64,000 nucleotides of DNA from Eubacteriales Family XIII. Incertae Sedis bacterium (lineage in GTDB: Bacteria; Bacillota; Clostridia; Peptostreptococcales; Anaerovoracaceae). Positions 57,301-64,000 of this stretch are shown here, in pieces. The number at the start of each line of letters is the position of its first letter. Position 1 is the stretch's first letter. The position numbers and the translations under genes were made by a program. The DNA is taken from NCBI GenBank assembly GCA_031261395.1, contig JAISJT010000004.1, positions 8,675 through 72,674 of the forward strand. Reading direction: 5' to 3'. The notes beneath the pieces were generated by a model, which saw only the letters and a program-made list of their open reading frames with translations, made no database searches and was not told the origin of the DNA.

Positions 57301-57888
57301 GTATCCGAATTCCTGGCGACGAAAACATATGATTATATAAACTTTATTCTTGACTGGGAAGCGGTCAAGCCGGCCGGTATGGATTTGACGGTTGAATCCG
57401 ACTATGTGGACAATACCCCCGCGGATCCTGTAGTTCCGCCGCCCCCCGGAGATGATCCTCCCAAGGACGATCCGCCAAAAGATGATCCTCACAAGGACGA
57501 TCCGCCAAAAGATCCTTCTGATGATCCCGCTGAAGATCCATATGAAGATCCATCCGGGCCACCCTCGGATAATAGCGGCCAAACGCCGGCGCCTGCCGCC
57601 ACCGTTGGGCGCAATACGTCTACGCCGCTTGCCGCACCTTCACCCGCCAATGCCCTGCCTGCCGCACCGGTGGACACCATCGCTCCTCCTCCGGTAGCCA
57701 CTGACAGCGCACCGGCATATAATCCCGAAGGCAAAGAAATAGATCCTGTGCAGCCGCCCGGGGAAGACCACGGCTTGACGCCGGCTCAGACAGCGATCAT
57801 CATCGGCGTGCTCGCGGCTGCGATCCTATTGGCTGTGAAGTTCGGAGTGTTCAGCGCACTAAAGACATTGCTGATTCATAATAAATAG
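54373..57888 (+). CDS. Large surface protein: signal peptide, CAP/SCP domain, InlB B-repeat-like segments, Pro/Asp-rich stalk, C-terminal TM anchor
   Basis: AYA cleavage; LVNQER...AARTRAEE...HTRPDG...ENIAAGQ...WINSATH...FWVQLF; YTFSGWS, FKGWT...LYAKW; DDPPK repeats; hydrophobic tail. Confidence 0.8.
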   Translation: MKSYHVPCISRALRLVILVLLLAPLISVTFLGSFAYAASNEKVSVTLNERVDWDAARNAFDLVNQERISKGKAALVLDSDLMKAARTRAEEIAIKFGHTRPDGTNWNTAPNVHTETKIAENIAAGQISPAEVVNGSNGWINSATHYAALISSDYKSTGLACVNIGGTNFWVQLFSSKEAKPLGSGESTGTDTGSVNVNTLVDNLDVAIVFQPKVANTETTAKYSIVHRNHEFDIPLKYAQFTGSISPAGPSVNDANGEIATGTVVGTYELSLALNGSSYTKSADLKIKLPADFTPPPVHTVTYEFVDSDGNTLFDSDGNRGNLTTDDFDKLPPPATFDTGSKIYAMPDAKKKQYTFSGWSTGGAFPEIDEAIFNGEPFKLPDADIVLKGSFETSVYHVNYNDYDFANGKTVLLKSIEVNYDSVVGSPILEPTGFVRTDMSAPEVQIDGTFITPVPDDRGYYVYEDRPYQEIGGTTYILGGVSDALSSWQATAETINNAEFLGIDKFPGTDIQTADADRYTHFTGDVNLYLKRVNLDIDREEVSSLEDDMIKVYYYASLSDLIVDGSGGFSVNNPIAVRLVPRDKLVDTPILPESGNVSIEDYFKNDAKYDLDSEKNSTYKANVNWSFFDFSTVKPYTSDMYQAPMTWNLDTYNDNYGYKKHLFDKGAFVEEDLHVDEVTTFPKFFNLVEQFSRKYIEANYSKYYDGDDNRIEDPGMPGNYLVDNDQMYLDADRFIKDIGLANGSPYAGYTSINIFISGFSAKLAFDANLPADVANDFAGDNDALQTAIGKMGLPDLVPLNIDEENFYAGGNEKVNVTIPKDVPSLGSAYSQIYAFKGWTLDEEGNGTLYQPGENILVDANYQTLKYGANYAYGLPLYAKWEKRTYTASYYFQASDSTPFATKDLEWEDEAFPDVPANELVAALFTLLGVDISEYDVTASAAGLLQVALGTDDEGDDITLYLSDYSTNPNLSANPSTVSEFLATKTYDYINFILDWEAVKPAGMDLTVESDYVDNTPADPVVPPPPGDDPPKDDPPKDDPHKDDPPKDPSDDPAEDPYEDPSGPPSDNSGQTPAPAATVGRNTSTPLAAPSPANALPAAPVDTIAPPPVATDSAPAYNPEGKEIDPVQPPGEDHGLTPAQTAIIIGVLAAAILLAVKFGVFSALKTLLIHNK
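57451..57550 (+). repeat. Intragenic 15-bp tandem repeats (DDPPK)
   Basis: gatgatcctcccaag gacgatccgccaaaa gatgatcctcacaag gacgatccgccaaaa, then degenerate DP units. Confidence 0.8.
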
Positions 57889-59956
57889 ATCCCTGCGGTG
57901 CAGTCAGTCCTATGCGCTGCTGCATCGCGAGATCTTCTTTGATATTGTCGATCTCGTTTTGGCCGCGCGCCGTGAGCAGTTCAAATTCATGGGCCGCACC
58001 GGGGTCGTCATTGTAGAGCATCGCGTAGGCAAGCATATAGTGGGCGAAGGAGGACTCCGGCATCTTTGCCACGGCCTCCTCGGCAGTCTTCTGTGCCAGC
58101 GCAGGATCCCGGTCAAAGATCAGTTCATAATAAGACAGCCTCGCCAGATACTCGGACCGGTGATAGTCTCCGAGGGTTTCCGATACGGGTTCGTATTGCG
58201 CAAGACAGACGTCATAGGCTTTGCGGGCCTCGGTCAGTTCATCCATATCCAAATAATTCTCTGCGATATTGTAATACAGCCTTGCGGTGAGCGCCGCCCT
58301 CGCCGGTGTATCGCTCTTCAGGGATGTTTCCCTGATGCGGGCGGCATCTCCGTAGTATTTTGCGGCGCCCTCATAGTCGCCGGCCACATTCAGCGATGCG
58401 CCGTAATTGGCGCAGGTGGTGGCGAGCGCTTCCGCCGCCGCTGCGTTGTCCTTGTCGGAAGCAAGCGCCTCGAAATACCCGATCGCTCTTGCAAAATAGG
58501 CGTCCGCACTACCCTGATCCCCTGCGAGGTTGACGGTATTTGCATAGGAAGCGCAGGCGGAGGCGAGGCTCATCAGATTGGTTCGCGTTTGGCCGTTTTC
58601 GTAAAGCGCTTCTGCGACGCTCACTTGCTTTGCGATCCATTCGGTAGCATCCGCATACTCCGCCAGCATGGCGTAGCCGGTTCCGAGGTTTTGGCAGGTG
58701 AGCATATAGGAACGCTGTACCTCCGGCGAGTCAGCGTCCGGCAAGCCGCCGAGAAATTCGGCACAGGACATGAGGAGCGAGATAGATTCGTCATAGCTTC
58801 CTATACGCGCAAGATTTGCGGCCTGGTTGTGGTAGCAGGCGGCAAGGCCAAGCGCGGCTCCGGGATCGGTCAGATCCAAGCGCTGCACACGCACCGCCTC
58901 CGCGAGCGCCGGCCCGGCCTCCTCAAAATCGCCGGATTCGCTCAGTCTGCTGCCCAACGCCGTCAAACTTTTTGCATACAACAGGATCGCTTTGCTGTCG
59001 CCCGATTCGGGAGCCGCCTTGAGCAGCCCTGCGGCCTCTCTGACTGAAGATATCGCCTTTTTGGTATCACCGAGTACATCGTATACGCCCGCAAGTTTCA
59101 TAAGGTTCTCGGCTTTTTGCTGCGCTACCGCATCGGGGTCTTTTGCCATGCCGAGGATGGAATTGATCTCCGCCACGTTTTGCTCGAGGGTGCTTTCAAT
59201 CAGGCGCTGTGTACCGGGTATGTTTGCAAGGTCCGCAGGCAGGGTATAGGTGAGCGAATAGAGCATATCCATCGTCGCCGCCTGTTCGGTCTGCGCGGTA
59301 TCGCGGTAGCCCGCAGCAGAGGCCCAAAGCCCGGCCGCGACCACGATCACGGCTGCAAAGGCGGAGGCGATCCCCGCAAAACGAGCCGCCATCTTGCGCC
59401 GTCTTCTTTGGGAGTCAAGCGCGGCCAGCGATTCATAGGTACAGCCCGCTTTGCCGGCCACGACCCGCAAAAGTTCACTCTTCACATTTTGGAGGAGCTT
59501 CTTTTCGTAGGCCTTGCCGTCGGACGGATCTGTATCCGTCACGCGGACATCGAGCAAGCGGTCTGCAATGTCGGGAATACGCTTGAGACTTGGCAAAAAT
59601 GATTTTTCTTCATCGCCGTTGATCAGCAAGGCGTAGACATACTGGGATCTGCCGAGTTCGATAAAGGTCTGGACTTCCTTGTCGCACCATGCGGAGGCCG
59701 GCAGGTCGGTCGTACACAGGACGACGAGGATGCGCGTACTATGCAGCGCTTCGGTGATCGCATCACTCAGGATACGGGAAACCGCGAGTTCCTCCGTGTC
59801 ACGAAATACGCGCCCGATACCGGTCAGGCCCTGCTCGGTCAAGGATTTTGGAAGTGCATAAGTTTCGAGAAACGGCAGCGCCGTCCCCGCCACCTTGCCG
59901 TCAAGATCCTTGTGCCGGTAGCTGATGAAAGCATCGTAAATAAAATCTTCGTTCAT
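57851..59956 (-). CDS. TIR domain - TM helix - TPR-repeat protein
   Basis: YDAFISYRH, VFRDTEEL, LVVLC, SAWCDKEV; RRRRK then hydrophobic helix; about 8 helical repeats such as LAACYHNQAANL, LATTCANYGASL, ARLYYNIAENY. Confidence 0.88.
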   Translation of the reverse strand: MNEDFIYDAFISYRHKDLDGKVAGTALPFLETYALPKSLTEQGLTGIGRVFRDTEELAVSRILSDAITEALHSTRILVVLCTTDLPASAWCDKEVQTFIELGRSQYVYALLINGDEEKSFLPSLKRIPDIADRLLDVRVTDTDPSDGKAYEKKLLQNVKSELLRVVAGKAGCTYESLAALDSQRRRRKMAARFAGIASAFAAVIVVAAGLWASAAGYRDTAQTEQAATMDMLYSLTYTLPADLANIPGTQRLIESTLEQNVAEINSILGMAKDPDAVAQQKAENLMKLAGVYDVLGDTKKAISSVREAAGLLKAAPESGDSKAILLYAKSLTALGSRLSESGDFEEAGPALAEAVRVQRLDLTDPGAALGLAACYHNQAANLARIGSYDESISLLMSCAEFLGGLPDADSPEVQRSYMLTCQNLGTGYAMLAEYADATEWIAKQVSVAEALYENGQTRTNLMSLASACASYANTVNLAGDQGSADAYFARAIGYFEALASDKDNAAAAEALATTCANYGASLNVAGDYEGAAKYYGDAARIRETSLKSDTPARAALTARLYYNIAENYLDMDELTEARKAYDVCLAQYEPVSETLGDYHRSEYLARLSYYELIFDRDPALAQKTAEEAVAKMPESSFAHYMLAYAMLYNDDPGAAHEFELLTARGQNEIDNIKEDLAMQQRIGLTAPQGSIYYESAMSLVR

Positions 59957-59964
59957 ATCATCCT

Positions 59965-61254
59965 CTACAAGATCACATATTGCAGGAGCTTCAGCTGCTC
60001 TGTCGTCACTTTTTGCACGCGCAGGGTAGGTCCTTCTTCGCCAAAGGTGACGAGACTCGCTTCGCTCACAGACCCGGGGATCAGCTCCGAAAACGCCGCC
60101 GAATAATCCCTGTATTTTGCAAAGGGTTCGGCGTTCAGTGCGGTGATGATCTCGCCGCGTGCTATCGGCGATACATCGCTGTCATAGTCGATCACGAAGA
60201 CAATACAGCCCGCGCCCCCTGCACCGGCCGCGATGGCATATCGGTAAGCGTTTTCGTATCGGGTTTTATTATTGAGAAGCAGTGAAGATCGCTCAAGCGC
60301 GGCTTCATATGCCTCTTCTGCTGCGGACTCCCCGAGCCGTCTCAGTATGGATGCCTTTTTCAAAACGGCCAAGGCCGCATCGCCTTCTTTTATTTTCAGA
60401 ATACTGTCCGTATCGACGGCTTCAAGATTGGCGCTGCCGTTTGCCACGAGCGCATCCAAACTATCGAGTATAGCTTCGTCAACAACGAGGTCAGCCCCTG
60501 AAATCGCTGCGGCCTGCTGCGGCAGATCCGTGACGATCCTTTCCACTGTATTGGCGCTTGCCGCTGTCTGAAGTTCGGCGATAGCGCCTTCATTGTATGC
60601 GGTGAATCCAAGATACAGAAAGATCACGGCGCAGATCACGCTGACGCTTCCGATGCCGAGGGCCAGAGTAGCGAAACGCTGTCTGCGCCTGCGTTCATGG
60701 CGTTTTTCGAGTTCATCGGGGTGAAGACCCGTCAGTGCGGCGACGATGCGCACGGTCTCGTAGGCAAGCATATTCTTGTACTCCGATGTGCCGGCGCCGC
60801 GAAGGTCGGAGGCTATCGGACTCAGTACATCGGTGACCTTTTCGATCGATCCGTCCTTCAGTATGCGCTCAATGATCCTGGTGGTATAGAAAAAATCAGG
60901 TATGGCCTTTCGGGATTCACCGCTGGCCAATACAGGGATGATCGCATCCCGCCTGCCGCTCTTTTCGAAATATTTCAGCCGTTCCAAAATCGCCGGATTG
61001 TCTTTTGTCCCCGGCGAACAAATGAGGATCATCGCGCGGCAGGAGTCCAGCCGCTGTTTGACGGCAGCATCCGTCACCGGCAGTTCGTCAAAGTCTTCGG
61101 CGAAATCAGTGTATCCGGGCAAATCGGCAGAAATACCCTTTGGCAGACGGTAGGCAGAGAGCGCCGCCGCAACGTCTTTGGCCGCTTTGATATCGCCGTC
61201 ATTTGAAAGCGAAGTCAGAATGTAGTCATGCCGGCCAAATACGGACTCGGTCAT
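59965..61254 (-). CDS. Degenerate TIR-like domain - TM helix - helical and PDZ-like C-terminus
   Basis: Aligns by eye with neighbour (LSAYRLPK/LETYALPK, MILICSP/LVVLCTT, ETVRIVA/ELLRVVA, RRRRQR+TM); WCxxE position reads AILER; C-terminal RGEIITALNAEP resembles PDZ GDxIxxxNG. Confidence 0.7.
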   Translation of the reverse strand: MTESVFGRHDYILTSLSNDGDIKAAKDVAAALSAYRLPKGISADLPGYTDFAEDFDELPVTDAAVKQRLDSCRAMILICSPGTKDNPAILERLKYFEKSGRRDAIIPVLASGESRKAIPDFFYTTRIIERILKDGSIEKVTDVLSPIASDLRGAGTSEYKNMLAYETVRIVAALTGLHPDELEKRHERRRRQRFATLALGIGSVSVICAVIFLYLGFTAYNEGAIAELQTAASANTVERIVTDLPQQAAAISGADLVVDEAILDSLDALVANGSANLEAVDTDSILKIKEGDAALAVLKKASILRRLGESAAEEAYEAALERSSLLLNNKTRYENAYRYAIAAGAGGAGCIVFVIDYDSDVSPIARGEIITALNAEPFAKYRDYSAAFSELIPGSVSEASLVTFGEEGPTLRVQKVTTEQLKLLQYVIL

Positions 61255-62804
61255 TTGACCACATCAGCATTACTGACTTCCTCATACGAGTATGCAAAAA
61301 TCTTATTATCGATTATATAGGAACTGAGAGGCTTGTCGTATCTGACCGCGACGTAGTCACCCGGTTTTCCAAACATATAGCCATCCGGATACCACGAGGC
61401 AAAGATCTTCGTATCGCGCTCGAGCGGCGCCGCATAGATGTACGATTCGCCGGTGGGGACACAGGGCTTTGCGTATTCCATGAGCGGAAACTGCTTGCCG
61501 TAGAGCTTGTCGTGGGCAGTCGGTGTATAGAAATCGGCATCGCTTATCAGCGGGCTGAATTCGAATGTGCCGTCTAATTTTTCGTAGGTGCTGTCGAATG
61601 TTTTGCGGCTGATGGGATAGGTTTCGCCCTGTATGCCGATCATCAGCAGCGTGTCATCCGTGATCTGGAAGTCGGCGTCGCCCTCCATGGTCCTGACGGA
61701 AATGGCTGATCCCGGAGGAAATACCTCTGACATCTCCACATAGGCTACGGTCACAGGTTTCTTTCTGTATGTTTTCATAGCGCTCGTATCCAAGGCGTCA
61801 ACGCCCGAGACGATTTTGTCATAGGTCCGGAAGTAATCCTGAATGCGCCCGGCAAGAAAGTCCCTCGCGGCGCCGGCGTCTTCGGGACATTTCAAAAACC
61901 CGCCGGCTTTGTCACGGGTGCCGCCTCCGCTTCCGACTCCCTGCGTCAGATAAGCCGCCATCTCGTTTGCCATGACTTCGTTTGTGGAACTGCGCAGCGA
62001 CAGTTTGACGCCGCCGTTGATTTCGCTGAATCCGACGCAGGTGGTCACGCCATCCACCTGCTGCGTCATGTCGCTGATAAACCCGAGGATATTTGGGTCG
62101 CACTGCTCAACTTCGAACATCACGTTGCCGATCTCATCGAAATAGTGAACGTCTCCGAGTGCGCGCCCCGCGATCACGAGTTCCTCCTTTGTCAGATTGA
62201 CGCCTTTGAGTTTTTTGATGAATCTGGTGTCGAAGTGCAGATGATCCAGCATGTCGCGGTCTACGGGGTGAAACATTTCCGCGAGATTGTTTGTGTCCAT
62301 ATAGAGCCCGTAATAAAGAGCCGTCGAGACACCTTCGTGATCATCGAGATTCCAGCCTATATCTTTGAGAAGCGTCCAGACAAGGGTCGCGCAGCTTCCG
62401 AGATATGCCTTGATGTCCGCCGAGATATACTCGTTCGTTTCCTTAATATGATGATCTATGACGCAGACCTTGTCCGCTTCGATGCGTGTCACATTGCCGG
62501 CGCCGTGCTGGCAGTCAACCGTGATGAGCAGGGGATCGCCCGGCAAGAGTTCCTGTGCCGAAGGCGTCTGCTTGCCAAGGAATTCGAGCGGCATGGAAAG
62601 CTCATCGGCAAAGATAGTCAGGTTTGGCTTCTTGATGGAATTGAATCCGGCATAGACCATTTTGGCAGGCTCGCCAAGCGAGGTGAAATACCGATAAAGC
62701 GCATAGGCGCTCGCGATCGTGTCGGCATCGGGATTGTCATGGCACTGGAGGATGACTCCGGCGTGCTCCGGCAGCGTATTGAGTGTCAATGGTGTTTCAT
62801 TCAT
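61251..62804 (-). CDS. DHH/DHHA1 phosphoesterase with duplicated C-terminal PGDYG-like domain
   Basis: HDNPDAD, TVDC, IDHH, GSCAT, GLYMDT, SLRS, GGGTRDKAGG; tail YRKKPV...RTMEG...IGIQGETYPI...FDSTYE and GKPGDYV...YII...FAYSYE. Confidence 0.85.
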   Translation of the reverse strand: MNETPLTLNTLPEHAGVILQCHDNPDADTIASAYALYRYFTSLGEPAKMVYAGFNSIKKPNLTIFADELSMPLEFLGKQTPSAQELLPGDPLLITVDCQHGAGNVTRIEADKVCVIDHHIKETNEYISADIKAYLGSCATLVWTLLKDIGWNLDDHEGVSTALYYGLYMDTNNLAEMFHPVDRDMLDHLHFDTRFIKKLKGVNLTKEELVIAGRALGDVHYFDEIGNVMFEVEQCDPNILGFISDMTQQVDGVTTCVGFSEINGGVKLSLRSSTNEVMANEMAAYLTQGVGSGGGTRDKAGGFLKCPEDAGAARDFLAGRIQDYFRTYDKIVSGVDALDTSAMKTYRKKPVTVAYVEMSEVFPPGSAISVRTMEGDADFQITDDTLLMIGIQGETYPISRKTFDSTYEKLDGTFEFSPLISDADFYTPTAHDKLYGKQFPLMEYAKPCVPTGESYIYAAPLERDTKIFASWYPDGYMFGKPGDYVAVRYDKPLSSYIIDNKIFAYSYEEVSNADVVK

Positions 62805-62918
62805 GATATCAACTCCAATCTGATTTTGCTAATAGGATACCATTGCGGTACACATATCGCAAATCAGAAAACAACGAAATTTCGAAATTTGTAATACGCA
62901 TTATGCTATACTTTTCCC

Positions 62919-64000
62919 ATGCACAATGAAGCGCGCAGAGCGGCGTGGGTCGAGATATCACTTGGCAGCATCGCGGACAATTTCAGAGAAATCAAACGGC
63001 TGGCCGGGGACAGCGAGACAATTTGCTGCATCAAGGCCGACGCCTATGGTCACGGCATCGTAAAGACCGCCTGGGAGCTTATCAAGGCCGGCGCGGACGC
63101 ATTCGGCGTGGCAACGATCATGGAAGCTGTCGCGCTTCGCAGCGCCGGCATCCGCAAAGATATCATCTTGCTCTCCGCCACACCGCGCGGCAATTTCAAG
63201 GACGTTCTCGACCAAAATCTCACGCCGGTCATCACGTCGGTGGAAGATGCGCGTCTGCTTTCGGAAATAGCCGAGCGCACCGGCGCGAAAAATCCGATCC
63301 CCTACTATGCGGCAGTCGAGACCGGCATGGGGCGCCTTGGCTTCCTTTACACAGAGAAAGGCGTGGCCGATATCGTCAGTCTTGCCACCATGCCACACCT
63401 AAGGATGAAGGGTATCTTTTCCCACTTTGCGACCTCAGACGAGACGGATCTTTCCTACGCACACGCCCAGCTTCGCATCTTTGACGCCTTTGCGACACAG
63501 CTCATCAAAGCAGGCGTAGACCCGGGGCAAAAATCGATTGCCAACAGCGCGGCTATCATGATGCTGCCCGAAGCAAACTTTGACGTGGTCAGGCCGGGCA
63601 TCGTCCTCTACGGTCTATATCCGTCCGGCGATGTCGACAAATCAAGGCTCCCGCTTTCCCCGTCCATGAGCGTGCGGGGCTATATCGTATATCTCAAAAA
63701 AGTACCTTCTGGATTTTCCGTGAGTTACGGCAGGCATTTCACCACGGCGCGCGAAAGTCTGATTGCGACGATATCGATCGGCTACGGCGACGGATTGCCA
63801 CGCATCCTGGGCGGCAAGGGGCGCGTCATCGTACGCGGCAGGTACGCGCCGATCGTCGGTACGATCTGCATGGATCAATTCATGATAGATGTCACGGATG
63901 TGCCAGGCGTCACCGAATACGACGAAATCACGGTGCTGGGCGAACAAGACGGACTCGCGATCACAGCCGGGGAAATCGCAGAATTAGCGGGAACAATTAG
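62919..64000 (+). CDS. alr: Alanine racemase (3' end beyond window)
   Basis: Manual translation from ATG 62919: AWVEISL...IKADAYGHG...VETGMGRLG...FSHFATSD...NSAA...VRPGIVLYG...VSYG...IGYGDG...GTICMDQ. Confidence 0.95.
   Translation, partial: MHNEARRAAWVEISLGSIADNFREIKRLAGDSETICCIKADAYGHGIVKTAWELIKAGADAFGVATIMEAVALRSAGIRKDIILLSATPRGNFKDVLDQNLTPVITSVEDARLLSEIAERTGAKNPIPYYAAVETGMGRLGFLYTEKGVADIVSLATMPHLRMKGIFSHFATSDETDLSYAHAQLRIFDAFATQLIKAGVDPGQKSIANSAAIMMLPEANFDVVRPGIVLYGLYPSGDVDKSRLPLSPSMSVRGYIVYLKKVPSGFSVSYGRHFTTARESLIATISIGYGDGLPRILGGKGRVIVRGRYAPIVGTICMDQFMIDVTDVPGVTEYDEITVLGEQDGLAITAGEIAELAGTI

Noticed and set aside
57851-62804. Classical Thoeris or CBASS call
   Set aside because: No SIR2/Macro ThsA effector or CD-NTase nearby, and the TIRs are membrane-anchored with ectodomains

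Overview
A GC-rich Clostridia-type chromosomal segment; gene content suggests an anaerobic gut Clostridiales, which is an inference only. It is mostly housekeeping: crotonase, dihydropyrimidinase, aconitase plus GntR, CIRCE-controlled clpB, rpmB, rqcH, the ylm/divIVA-lspA-rluD block, ylxM-ffh-rpsP-khpA-rimM, modABC, the dcw cluster (mraZ to ftsZ) and alr. Accessory elements are two surface-protein genes, a V4R plus diguanylate cyclase pair, and a Liv-type ABC transporter with two binding proteins linked to a UroD-like methyltransferase and a corrinoid protein. Two signals stand out. (1) A three-gene operon at 57851-62804 encodes a DHH phosphoesterase with a duplicated C-terminal domain, a membrane-anchored TIR-like protein lacking the catalytic Glu, and a membrane-anchored TIR-TPR protein with an intact WCxxE motif; this is a candidate undescribed transmembrane nucleotide-signalling system. 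(2) A family of ~28-bp TGTCAT-tagged palindromes occurs between genes and also in-frame inside murF, murG, a membrane-fusion-type gene and the linker of a panG-panC fusion, with 21-bp tandem periods in coding DNA versus 20 bp in a UTR. Also seen: several apparently leaderless genes, tandem NrdR-like boxes upstream of mraZ, a poly-G leader with terminator before a surface protein, long intergenic palindromes, and a 50-aa small ORF missed by the track. No rRNA, tRNA, CRISPR array or transposase was recognised. All calls are by eye, without database searches.
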